The translations under genes were made by a program, and so were the position numbers. Below the pieces are notes generated by a model. The model searched no databases and was not told the DNA's origin. It saw only the letters and a program-made list of their open reading frames with translations. From UHGV virus genome UHGV-0251519: a stretch of 64,000 nt of DNA; one strand, written 5' to 3'. Source of the stretch: a virus. Below, in pieces: positions 11,052 through 19,986 of the stretch (positions are counted from its first letter, which is position 1; the number at the start of each line of letters is the position of its first letter).

Positions 11052-11413
11052 GTCCTGGTGGCGAAACAGGTATACGCAGCAGACTCGACAAAAATTAGGG
11101 TCGCCTACGAGAAATCTATAGGTAAGCATTCCGCGAATTGCTGGAACAGCCTTAGAGTCTCACAAACTACAACGTGGTTGGAAACGACGAGCGTGAAGGT
11201 TATAAAATTGTGGGAATTGGCCAATCAGCAGCCAAGGTCCGTTTAGGACAAGGTTCAGAGACTATGTACGGAACATCTAAACGATTTTATAAATCGCATG
11301 ATGAAGATATAGTCCAATCAGAACATATTATTATGGTTTGAGAAATCAAACAATCTGATGTAAAATCTGCTATCCGAAGGGATATGAGGGTTCGAGTCCC
11401 TCCCAGGACACCA
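11052..11413 (+). tRNA. tRNA-Leu(UAA), intron-split; exons 11052-11085 and 11361-11413
   Basis: Joined exons give acceptor gtcctgg/ccaggac, anticodon arm gcaga-ct-TAA-aa-tctgc, long variable arm, T arm gaggg-ttcgagt-ccctc and encoded CCA. Confidence 0.9.
11086..11360 (+). ncRNA. Group I self-splicing intron (275 nt, no ORF)
   Basis: P aattgctggaa, Q aatcagcagc, R ttcagagacta, S aagatatagtcc; 5' exon ends in U that pairs with IGS (GACU/GGUC); intron ends in G. Confidence 0.9.
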
Positions 11414-11443
11414 ATTTCAAACTAAAAAAAGAAAGGAAATAAC

Positions 11444-11779
11444 ATGAACGGATTAAGCATAATATTGCTAATTCTAGTAATAGCCGGCATATGCACTTGG
11501 GGTATAGCCGGCATTTTTATTGTCCTAGGACTGGCATGGTTAGTTGCCTTTACAATGGACAATATAAACAACCGCGTTGATGCAGCCGCACTAGCGCGTG
11601 AAGAAGAAGCCAAGCTGAAAGCTGAGGCTGAATATACTGTGAAAAAAGCATTTTATGATATGCGTGTTTCACAGTATAAAAAAGAGACTGCGAAGATGTT
11701 AAAAGAACAGTTCGCAAGGGAAATTGCCAAGGAAGCCGACATAAACATGCCGGAGTTCTCGGAAGAATTTCCTCGCTAA
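11444..11779 (+). CDS. Membrane protein
   Basis: N-terminal hydrophobic hairpin; AAGGA RBS. Confidence 0.65.
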   Translation: MNGLSIILLILVIAGICTWGIAGIFIVLGLAWLVAFTMDNINNRVDAAALAREEEAKLKAEAEYTVKKAFYDMRVSQYKKETAKMLKEQFAREIAKEADINMPEFSEEFPR

Positions 11780-11920
11780 TTTATTAATCCAATTTCTTTG
11801 GAAGGGATGGGTTAATAAAGAGTGGTTTTGGTCCCTTTCTTCCACTCGCCATCCCTTCCTTCCCTTTTGGCTAAACTGGCCAAATTAAACACAAACAACA
11901 ATAAAACCTAGGTAACAAAT

Positions 11921-12451
11921 ATGGCAAAAGTATCACGTACAAAAAACTTCATTAACTTCGTCACAGTCGCTATACGCGACCAGATGGGAAACCTATGGAT
12001 TGTCGGAAGCAATCTTCCGGACGACCATGTGCTGGAAGTAAACGAAAAGAAAATAACCTCAATCCGCAAGCTGTTTATGCAGGCGGAACTAATACAATCG
12101 AGAATGCCTAAAACGGCAAACTCGGGTCTTTTCGTATTCTGCCATCATGCCTCTACCAAGTCCCCTGAGTTCTCGAAGACACTCGTCTTCCAGAAGTCCA
12201 AATTGGTAGAGCTTTGGCAGGGTGGTTTCCCGCAAGCTAAAGGATCGCTTCGCATGGCTAACAAGGTCATCGAACAATTCAAACTGCAGGGCATCACGAA
12301 ATGGCACACCTCGGATAACATCCAGTGCCTTGACGACCAAAAAGTCTTCCAGGAATTGGGATTTAGCTCCCTGGAAGATGTAGACGAAGAAAAGGAAGCT
12401 AAAGCCGAGTCAAATCCCGAATCCAACGACAACGCTGAAGCTACTGCATAA
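11921..12451 (+). CDS. Hypothetical protein with acidic tail
   Basis: 176-aa ORF followed by a terminator. Confidence 0.65.
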   Translation: MAKVSRTKNFINFVTVAIRDQMGNLWIVGSNLPDDHVLEVNEKKITSIRKLFMQAELIQSRMPKTANSGLFVFCHHASTKSPEFSKTLVFQKSKLVELWQGGFPQAKGSLRMANKVIEQFKLQGITKWHTSDNIQCLDDQKVFQELGFSSLEDVDEEKEAKAESNPESNDNAEATA

Positions 12452-12468
12452 TTATCTTCGGATCCTAT

Positions 12469-12516
12469 AATAATAAGGATCGGGTGTGTTATGCACCCGA
12501 TCCTTATTATTTTTTT
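12469..12516. terminator. Bidirectional terminator between convergent genes
   Basis: Long stem aataataaggatcgggtg/cacccgatccttattatt plus T-run. Confidence 0.75.
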
Positions 12517-12534
12517 AGCTATGGGTATATAGTG

Positions 12535-12786
12535 CTATCTTCCAAATAGTTGAATGCACTCCCGCCATACTGCAGCAACCTTGCGGGTGTACTCACGTTT
12601 TTCGGTTTCACGGACTTTTTCCGGCAAATCCGAAGTCTTAGTTTTGGCAAAGTCTTTAGTTTGCTTTTTTGTTAATTTATCAGCAACTTCTTTGGCTTTG
12701 CCGCTTAATTCATCTTCTTTATGTTGCTTTTTAGCACCATAAATCATTCCGAAAAATCTTTGTTGTGCTTTTGATTTTGCAGGCAT
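12535..12786 (-). CDS. Small basic protein (DUF3008-like, MPAKSKAQQR family)
   Basis: MPAKSKAQQRFFGM...KDFAKTK..DLPEKV. Confidence 0.65.
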   Translation of the reverse strand: MPAKSKAQQRFFGMIYGAKKQHKEDELSGKAKEVADKLTKKQTKDFAKTKTSDLPEKVRETEKREYTRKVAAVWRECIQLFGR

Positions 12787-12925
12787 AACTTATTAAAAAA
12801 TCAGATTTTATTGTCGCGTAATTTTTAAAAAACTTCAACGGAAAAATTAACTTAAAAAAATCGTTGCCAAATTTCAATCATCTATAATACATTTCTTCAC
12901 ACAATAACCTAAAACTAAAAAAACT

Positions 12926-13501
12926 ATGATAAATACTGACAGTATCACATGGTACGTGGGCTGCGTACTTGCCGGCGTTTTGGCTATGCTTGTAGGCTGC
13001 TCGCTTATAAAAGACGGTGAAACCGTAAACTGGGACAAGGTTGATACAATCTCGTCTCTTGTACAAACAACCGCGCAGGTTTCTACCTACGCCGTATGCG
13101 TTAAAAATCCGGATCTCTCTCCCGTGTTTAAGGCGGTCGGTGAAGGGCTGGTGCTAATATCTGCATCCTCCGATTCCGAGCAAATGGAACCGGAACAGAT
13201 TCAGGATTATATCAAAGACCTGCTGTCTGAAAAAGAATGGGGCAGCCTTGCCGGTCAGGTAAATGGCGTTATGGATGCGCTTTTGGATATCTATGGCAAT
13301 TTCATAGAAGCTAACCAGGACAAGTTTACCGACGAAGCAAAAGTTTTCGCCCGTGTGCTAAATTCGATGGGCAAAGGCCTGATATCAGGCAGCGCAGTAG
13401 ATGTGGCAAGCAGTGCCAAAGCTGCAACGGATCTTGAAAAACAGAAGTCTGAGCTTATCAATAAGCTAAATGATATGGATCTCTCCGTATCCGAGGATTA
13501 G
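12926..13501 (+). CDS. Predicted lipoprotein
   Basis: Hydrophobic N-terminus ending in lipobox LVG-C. Confidence 0.6.
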   Translation: MINTDSITWYVGCVLAGVLAMLVGCSLIKDGETVNWDKVDTISSLVQTTAQVSTYAVCVKNPDLSPVFKAVGEGLVLISASSDSEQMEPEQIQDYIKDLLSEKEWGSLAGQVNGVMDALLDIYGNFIEANQDKFTDEAKVFARVLNSMGKGLISGSAVDVASSAKAATDLEKQKSELINKLNDMDLSVSED

Positions 13502-13518
13502 TTTATAGTTAACTTGAC

Positions 13519-13550
13519 AAGACGGCGTTGCAAAATACGCCGTCTTTTTT
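13519..13550 (+). terminator. Intrinsic terminator
   Basis: aagacggcgt/acgccgtctt stem plus T-run. Confidence 0.75.
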
Positions 13551-13574
13551 AAACTTTAAAAATAAAGACGAAGC

Positions 13575-13796
13575 ATGAAAAAACAAATCAACACCAAAGG
13601 TAAACGATTAAAGAAACGTGTAGTCAAAAAGTTAACTGTAGATTTTTCCAATAGGTATAATAATATTATGGATGTGGATTTTTTAATTTGCGCAAGCGCC
13701 AAATTGCCGCAGGATATTTTAGAATCTAAACTCGATGGCACTATTAGTCCGATAGGCTTTGGGTGTTATAGAAAACAAAGAATTGATTACTATTAA
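13575..13796 (+). CDS. Hypothetical protein
   Basis: 73-aa ORF in gene run. Confidence 0.45.
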   Translation: MKKQINTKGKRLKKRVVKKLTVDFSNRYNNIMDVDFLICASAKLPQDILESKLDGTISPIGFGCYRKQRIDYY

Positions 13797-13820
13797 TTTA
13801 AACTAAAAATAAGGAACCAT

Positions 13821-14321
13821 ATGATCGCTGCATCTTACTTCTCCGATACAACTTTTGCCGTTATTTTCATCACAGGCGTTATACTGCTAGTATCTTATTG
13901 TGCTGTTAAATATGCCGGATTTAATACTGCAACTCAAGGTGATGAGTTGATTGAAGATCGTAACCATACGCATCCAACTGCCGAGAAACATCCTACAATT
14001 ATTGTAAAAAGAATAACTTATACAAAATTTGTAGATCGAAAGTTTAAATTGGCATTGTCTGCTAAACATTATAAAAAATTTGCATCATTTAAACATAAAT
14101 TAGTCTTACACGTGCCCACGGACATAATGGCTGACGCAGAAAAGGAAGTTGAAATGTTTGACCATTTCCTAAAAACTTTTCCGCATGATAAAAAACGGCT
14201 ATTTGGCGCAAGATTTAGTACAGGCAACGGCGATGTGATTGTGGCGGTTGGCATGTCATCCTTAAAAGATAAACATGGATTTTTAGCAGCTTTAAGAGAA
14301 CAAAACGTAATCATTCTTTAA
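13821..14321 (+). CDS. Membrane-anchored hypothetical protein
   Basis: N-terminal TM helix; AAGGA RBS. Confidence 0.6.
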   Translation: MIAASYFSDTTFAVIFITGVILLVSYCAVKYAGFNTATQGDELIEDRNHTHPTAEKHPTIIVKRITYTKFVDRKFKLALSAKHYKKFASFKHKLVLHVPTDIMADAEKEVEMFDHFLKTFPHDKKRLFGARFSTGNGDVIVAVGMSSLKDKHGFLAALREQNVIIL

Positions 14322-14322
14322 T

Positions 14323-15012
14323 ATGCAGACTAAAAAACTTATTGTTGTTGAAGCATGCGACGGGTGTGGAAAAACCACACTCGTTAATAATTTATGCAAA
14401 CTGTTTGAAAAACGAGACGGCTTTAAACCCGTTTGTGTAAAAGAGCCTTGGGAAGGTTCGGAAATAGGCGCATTTATTCGTTCATGGATTAAGCATGTAG
14501 ATTTTTCAACCAGTGAACTAAAAAAGGAACAAGCATTATTACTGTTCTCTGCAGCCCGACTGGAAATGTTGGAGCAACTTTTATTAAAGGAATTAGTTCG
14601 TAAAGATGATAACGATTCACCAATCATCCTTTGCGACAGATTTGTTTTGTCTACTTGCGTTTATCAAAACCTTAAGTCAGAAGATCCTTTGCGTTTGCCA
14701 ATGTTAACGCAAGCAATTTTAGGCACGATAGCGGATTTGCTTAAAGTTGACTGTACATTGTATTTGGATTTAGACGCCGAAGTCATTGTTGACAGGCTAA
14801 ATAAACGCAAAGAAAAATCCGATGTAATGGATCAAAAGGACGTAACATGGTTTAACCAGTTAAGCGGAACTTACAATCATCAAATACAAATACTTCAGCA
14901 TAATTATCCTACACTGCTTGGCATGTTGCATTATCTTGATGCAAGCAAATATGCCGAAGTTGTTGCGGAGGATGCTTATGCATTTTTGAAAAGACACATC
15001 CTTAAAAACTAA
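14323..15012 (+). CDS. tmk: Thymidylate kinase
   Basis: P-loop VEACDGCGKTT, KEP, LLFSAAR, CDRF..S..VYQ, LYLDLD. Confidence 0.9.
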   Translation: MQTKKLIVVEACDGCGKTTLVNNLCKLFEKRDGFKPVCVKEPWEGSEIGAFIRSWIKHVDFSTSELKKEQALLLFSAARLEMLEQLLLKELVRKDDNDSPIILCDRFVLSTCVYQNLKSEDPLRLPMLTQAILGTIADLLKVDCTLYLDLDAEVIVDRLNKRKEKSDVMDQKDVTWFNQLSGTYNHQIQILQHNYPTLLGMLHYLDASKYAEVVAEDAYAFLKRHILKN

Positions 15013-15013
15013 T

Positions 15014-15709
15014 ATGCAATTTTCGCCTAAATTCTACACAAACATATTTCAACATACAATTACTATTCCAATTCCTCCGGTGCATAACAACACGGAGAAA
15101 TTTTTTATCGATTTAACTTTTACCGAATGGCAGCTTAGTGAATGGTTTAAAAATAGCTGGCATGCATCCTGGGAAAATTTTAAATCAATGTTTATTCCCG
15201 GATATAAATTTTGCATGAATTATATCGGTATTAAGTTTACCGTTTATGAAGAAGTCTTAGACGAGCATGGGTTTCGGCAAAACAAGTTAAAATTTGAAAC
15301 CAATAAAGTATTTGAAAAAGATAACCCCGAAGCGGTGTTAAACGCCATGACAACCCTATTCGGGCCCTTGTTTTATTGCGTAAATGCTGCATCTGACCAA
15401 TGTCAAACAATATCAAAATGGGGCATATCTTTTGCAAATCAGAAAACCGATCAACAAAATTCGGAAGAACATGTAGCTAAAAAGTCTGATTTTAGTTATG
15501 TTATGGCAATCTATACGGATCCCGAGCATCATGAAATCAGTTGGGTAATCAGCCGCACGCATAAAAATATTTATTTTGCGTTTAGATTTAGTTCAGTAGC
15601 AGATTTAAAGTCTGTTTGCAGGGAAATCGAAAACGCTTTTGCGGATTTTTTCAACAATTATTATCCGAGTTTGCGTGTGTATAAGCCGATAATTGCGCCA
15701 ATTGCATGA
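15014..15709 (+). CDS. Hypothetical protein
   Basis: ORF in operon. Confidence 0.55.
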   Translation: MQFSPKFYTNIFQHTITIPIPPVHNNTEKFFIDLTFTEWQLSEWFKNSWHASWENFKSMFIPGYKFCMNYIGIKFTVYEEVLDEHGFRQNKLKFETNKVFEKDNPEAVLNAMTTLFGPLFYCVNAASDQCQTISKWGISFANQKTDQQNSEEHVAKKSDFSYVMAIYTDPEHHEISWVISRTHKNIYFAFRFSSVADLKSVCREIENAFADFFNNYYPSLRVYKPIIAPIA

Positions 15710-16131
15710 AACCGATATTAAGATCGCTGATTAACCAAGCCATCCGTGCAAAATCTATTTTACAGACAGGTCGAGCGTTTCATGCTACCATCGCTTTAAA
15801 AGGAAGCAAAGTAATAGCTATCGGATATAACAATTATACCAGATTACATCCATACGCTAGATTTGGCAAATATGCGTCGTATAAGACGGTTAATTATAAC
15901 CATGTTATAGGATTGCATTCAGAGATTGCATGTATAAAGCAGATTTTGTTTCGTGATGATTATCATAAAATTACAATTGTTAACTTAAGAATTGATAACA
16001 ATAACCAAGTAGCAAACGCAAAACCTTGTGTAAACTGCCAACGAGTTTTAAAACAATTTAACTTTAAACATATTTTTTACACCAATGAGCAAGGGCAATT
16101 TGAAGAGTTTAAGACTGCGGTCGAAGATTAA
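15706..16131 (+). CDS. Zn-dependent cytidine/dCMP deaminase-fold protein
   Basis: GYNN, HSE, PCVNC motifs. Confidence 0.85.
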   Translation: MKPILRSLINQAIRAKSILQTGRAFHATIALKGSKVIAIGYNNYTRLHPYARFGKYASYKTVNYNHVIGLHSEIACIKQILFRDDYHKITIVNLRIDNNNQVANAKPCVNCQRVLKQFNFKHIFYTNEQGQFEEFKTAVED

Positions 16132-16223
16132 AGCGCCGCCGACTAAAGTGCATGAAGACAAAAAGAAAAGGCAGCAATTAAGCCGCAAAAATTGGAAAAA
16201 TCTCATTTCAAAAGGATAATGCT

Positions 16224-16526
16224 ATGATTCAAGAAATTAAACAATTTTTCTCTACCAGAAAATTAAAGAAAGAAGCCAAGGATATTGGCATGTCTTTGTC
16301 GTTTAATCCAAGCGAATGTGGATATTATACAAACCAAGTGAGAAATCACTATTCAAAATCTGCAAATGTTAACGACCCAAAGATCGCAATGCTCAGGGAA
16401 AAGCTTAGAACCGTAGTGAAAAAACAATTTGATCCTGATATGCAAGGAGATTGGGATGTTTTGGTATACCCAAAATTTAGTTTAGATAAGAAATATATAG
16501 GTTTTGAAATTCGACTAAAATTTTAA
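16224..16526 (+). CDS. Hypothetical protein
   Basis: 100-aa ORF with AAGGA RBS. Confidence 0.55.
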   Translation: MIQEIKQFFSTRKLKKEAKDIGMSLSFNPSECGYYTNQVRNHYSKSANVNDPKIAMLREKLRTVVKKQFDPDMQGDWDVLVYPKFSLDKKYIGFEIRLKF

Positions 16527-16530
16527 ATTT

Positions 16531-16790
16531 ATGTTGCTAAAACTTAAATCTAAAAACAAGAAATCGCGTGCAATTTCTAAGCAAAAGCAAAAAGCAGCCA
16601 ACATTAGGCAAGACTGGCTTTGTGGATTGGAACCTCTGGAAGTTGGAAAAATCAGCAACCATAAGCTGATAACGTTAGAATTTATGGCCCGAAAAGTGTC
16701 AGGTATAGGAAACAACAGTAAATATTGGCGCCTTTATTCAGAAGGTAATTACGAAGCAGAAATTAGAGTAGCTGCATACTTTGCGGCAAT
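16531..16790 (+). CDS. Hypothetical gene interrupted near its 3' end by the TnpB element (now reads into the element to 17010)
   Basis: Joining 16790 to 18131 restores ...AAYFAAILWKPTKNYLKI*. Confidence 0.55.
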
Positions 16791-18130
16791 CAACTACTTA
16801 TCAGACAAGCTGATAAGTTTGCAATTAAGACTCGTCTTCAGTTGTCTTAACAGACCTTCAGAGTCAACATCTTTTGCGTATGGGTGGTTGATAGCACCCC
16901 GGGATAATTCGTTAGACCGAATTATCCTTGTTAATAATTCAATATTAGAAGCGGCATTTATGTCTGCATTATGCGAAAATCCGCAAGATTTACATTTAAA
17001 ATGTCTTTGAGATTTTCTGTTATGCTTATCTGTATATCCACAATGTGAACATGTCTGGGAAGTATAATGAGGATCAACAAGAATTATCTTAATCCCTTGC
17101 ATTTTAGCTTTATAACTTAAAATAGTTTTAAATTGATAAAATGCCCAAGAATTAATTTCTCGTTTTAGTTCTTTGCGGAATTTTTTGGAACTTTCTCTAA
17201 TATTGGTTAAATCTTCAATGCCTATATGACTTACATTATTATCCTTGGCAAATTGAAGGATGGATTTAACGGTGCAATAGTTTACATCTCGCATCCAACG
17301 GTTCTCTTTTCCACTAAGCTTTTTTAAGAGTCTTTTAGCGGATATAGTGCCTTTATGCTGTAAACGTTTGCGTAAATTTAAAAAATTATTTCGTTTGTCT
17401 TTTATAATCCCGCCTTTTATCACAAGTGTTTTACCTTCGTTAGTACAACAAGTGGCAAGTTTGGACAAACCAACATCAATACCCATAGTATTTCCTGTTT
17501 CCAATTCTTTAGTATCGGGAATTTCCACAGTTAGATTTAAATAGATTCTATCTTTTTTATCTTTGGATACCGTGCTATCACAGTAGGATGTTGCATGATC
17601 AAGATACTGCTTATGGTGATCGGAAACCTTGATGTTAAAAGTTTTGCGACCATCAACCGTGGTTATTTTAACAAGTTGTTTTTCTGGACAGAAAGAATAA
17701 TCGCGATTTCTTATGACCGTGAAAAACTTAGATTTAAAATTCACAGCTTTTTTGATTTTTTTCTTTCGCGTTTTAAGTTTCTTGTATGTCGCAGCAATAT
17801 CTCGAAATACAGAACATGTTTGTTGGGCGGGAAGCTTAAAGTTTTCTCTAATTGTATAATAATAATTCTTGCTAAGCTTTGTAGGGTTGGTGGGCTTTGC
17901 ATTAATTGAAAATTCTTTTAAACTAACATAATTTAAAGCAGAAACGTAAGCATCCATCGTATTTAAAATGGATTGATTTTGTTCTAATTTAAATTTTAAT
18001 GTTAATTTCATAATTTACTTTAAAAGTAAATTATTTTGAAAATACTTGTCAAACAATATTAACAACAATTAACAAGGAATCACTCGCAATTCCTCCGAGC
18101 AGATAAACTGATCGGTACCCTTGCGAGAAT
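16791..18130 (-). mobile_element. TnpB-only IS200/IS605-type element (no TnpA); ends uncertain by about 3 nt
   Basis: Left-end stem ctcgcaa...ttgcgag (18083-18127); right end on the minus strand is hairpin acttatcag/ctgataagt then agttga; AAT shared at both junctions. Confidence 0.75.
16794..18011 (-). CDS. tnpB: TnpB RNA-guided endonuclease
   Basis: RuvC-I GIDVG, RuvC-II IEDL, Zn finger TSQTCSHCG...CKSCG, RuvC-III NADINAASNI. Confidence 0.92.
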   Translation of the reverse strand: MKLTLKFKLEQNQSILNTMDAYVSALNYVSLKEFSINAKPTNPTKLSKNYYYTIRENFKLPAQQTCSVFRDIAATYKKLKTRKKKIKKAVNFKSKFFTVIRNRDYSFCPEKQLVKITTVDGRKTFNIKVSDHHKQYLDHATSYCDSTVSKDKKDRIYLNLTVEIPDTKELETGNTMGIDVGLSKLATCCTNEGKTLVIKGGIIKDKRNNFLNLRKRLQHKGTISAKRLLKKLSGKENRWMRDVNYCTVKSILQFAKDNNVSHIGIEDLTNIRESSKKFRKELKREINSWAFYQFKTILSYKAKMQGIKIILVDPHYTSQTCSHCGYTDKHNRKSQRHFKCKSCGFSHNADINAASNIELLTRIIRSNELSRGAINHPYAKDVDSEGLLRQLKTSLNCKLISLSDK

Positions 18131-18133
18131 TTT

Positions 18134-18382
18134 ATGGAAACCAACAAAAAACTATTTGAAAATATAAAATATGCCGCGCAGCTTTTGGCATTTTGCTGCG
18201 TGTTGTTACTGTTGCTGTTAGTTATGACGCCTTTAATAGGTCTGATAGGCGTTATGATTCTGGCGTATGCCGTTTATATGCGGGGCGTAAAGCAAACTGT
18301 TAAAGACCTAAAGAAAGGTTTTTCTCGGACATTTAACCGCAACGAATCTGAAAAAGCAAACTCTGACACTATAGACGTTTGA
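18134..18382 (+). CDS. Small membrane protein
   Basis: Long hydrophobic segment. Confidence 0.6.
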   Translation: METNKKLFENIKYAAQLLAFCCVLLLLLLVMTPLIGLIGVMILAYAVYMRGVKQTVKDLKKGFSRTFNRNESEKANSDTIDV

Positions 18383-18573
18383 CCTTCGTTGTTACATTGT
18401 TGATATGTTTTATACTCTTTGCTGCCATATATTTTTATAAGATGCACACTATAAATATTCAATCGCATAATTTCCTGCAGCAAAAAAGATACTATTTCTT
18501 TTATAGGTATATTACATCCGGCAATAAAAACGAAAAACAAAATACTGATTTTTAATTATTAAAAAGAAACACC

Positions 18574-18975
18574 ATGGGAGACAGATCAAGTATTATTATC
18601 CGTCAGCACAGTTGTGATGACAAAGGCATTGAAATTTACGGGCATTGGGCAGGTACGCAAATAATATGTGAGTTGCCAAGAGCGCTTAAAGTTGCAAAAG
18701 CACGTTGGCACGATGAAGAGTATTTTACGCGCGTTATTATACAAAACATTCTTAATTATATTGCTGATCCATACAGCGATTTAAGCTGCGGAATTGGAAT
18801 CACAGACAATTATAAGCAAAGTAATCATGGAGATTTGGAATATAATCCTGTAATTATAAATAGATTTGATAGGGAAGTAACGATAGGTAAAGATACTTTT
18901 ACGTTTGAATCAATTATAAATCCTCTTACGGAACAAGAAATCTTGGAAGATATGCAAAAAGCAATGTTAGATTAA
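18574..18975 (+). CDS. Conserved-type phage hypothetical protein
   Basis: MGDRS.I...IYGHW.G pattern. Confidence 0.6.
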   Translation: MGDRSSIIIRQHSCDDKGIEIYGHWAGTQIICELPRALKVAKARWHDEEYFTRVIIQNILNYIADPYSDLSCGIGITDNYKQSNHGDLEYNPVIINRFDREVTIGKDTFTFESIINPLTEQEILEDMQKAMLD

Positions 18976-18996
18976 ATTTAATCAATTCTAAGCACT

Positions 18997-19926
18997 ATGG
19001 ATTTTGAATATTTTAAAGAATCGAAAAACGGCGTTACTGTTACAATCACCGATGATCCGTGTCCAATGGATCCTCGTGAGGTGTGGGCATGTGATTTTTA
19101 TGCCGATTTAGTAGACGCAAAGACTCAGTTTCCCGTGTTTTTCATAGCAGCATGGCACCGCAGGTATGATTTCAGTTATCGTTTGCCGAATCAATTGAAA
19201 GACATGGATGATTTTAACGAGTTCATGCATACCGAATGGGATAATCCAAAAAGTCATTGGAAATTTTTACCTCTGTATATGTATGAACATGGAGGTATCG
19301 CTCTTTCATTAAATTCGTTTGATGATACGTTCGATAGCGGTCAACTTGGTTATATTGTTTATAATGATGATCCTGACAATTATGAAAAAGGCGGTCCCAT
19401 TTTAAATGAAAGTGAGATAAAAATAATTGTAGATGAATGGTTTGCGTATGAACAAAACGGTGCATATTTGTATACTATTACGGATGATGTAACCTGTGAA
19501 ATACTTGGCCAAACTGCAGGTTATTATGATTTGAGGCAATGTAAAGAGGACGCTATTGAGGAGTGGAATAGTATAGCGGATTCAATGCCCTCCGTGGAGG
19601 ATCGAATCCCACATATCTTTATTATTCAATTTGTTGATATTACGGATCCATGTAACACTATTTTAAGTAAAATGCGACGTGTTATATCGACAATACCGGA
19701 ATTTGCCCAAGTTATTTATAAGGAATTAATGAGCGATGATCAGTTTGCAGCGGCACATCATATCAAGCCGGAAGAATATTCTCAGGCGCGTATAACCGAA
19801 GCCCTGCGCAAGCTTATACAGGAGAAAAATGAAAGCGGATTTATACGGCTGACAGATATGCACTCGGATAATGTGAGTATTGTCCTAAATCTGTTGATTG
19901 AGGGTGAGCCTGTAGTTAAAAAATAG
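18997..19926 (+). CDS. Conserved-type phage hypothetical protein
   Basis: LPLYMYEHGGIALS...FDSGQLGYI pattern. Confidence 0.6.
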   Translation: MDFEYFKESKNGVTVTITDDPCPMDPREVWACDFYADLVDAKTQFPVFFIAAWHRRYDFSYRLPNQLKDMDDFNEFMHTEWDNPKSHWKFLPLYMYEHGGIALSLNSFDDTFDSGQLGYIVYNDDPDNYEKGGPILNESEIKIIVDEWFAYEQNGAYLYTITDDVTCEILGQTAGYYDLRQCKEDAIEEWNSIADSMPSVEDRIPHIFIIQFVDITDPCNTILSKMRRVISTIPEFAQVIYKELMSDDQFAAAHHIKPEEYSQARITEALRKLIQEKNESGFIRLTDMHSDNVSIVLNLLIEGEPVVKK

Positions 19927-19986
19927 ATTGACGCGGACAATACAAAATGCTCTGATATTTAGCAGACAATTTAAAATTACATACCT

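Noticed and set aside
11058..11246. 62-aa ORF in the track
   Set aside because: Lies across tRNA-Leu exon 1 and the intron core; no endonuclease motifs
11081..11370. Alternative reading as tRNA-Leu(CAA)
   Set aside because: Would need a 5' splice after C and an intron ending in U, against the group I U.G and terminal-G rules
16791..17010. C-terminal part of track ORF 16531-17010
   Set aside because: Read-through into the antisense of tnpB; the native end is reconstructed at 18131-18167
16794..18011. Cas12f-type CRISPR effector
   Set aside because: No adjacent array; IS-type ends and a reconstructable empty site indicate TnpB
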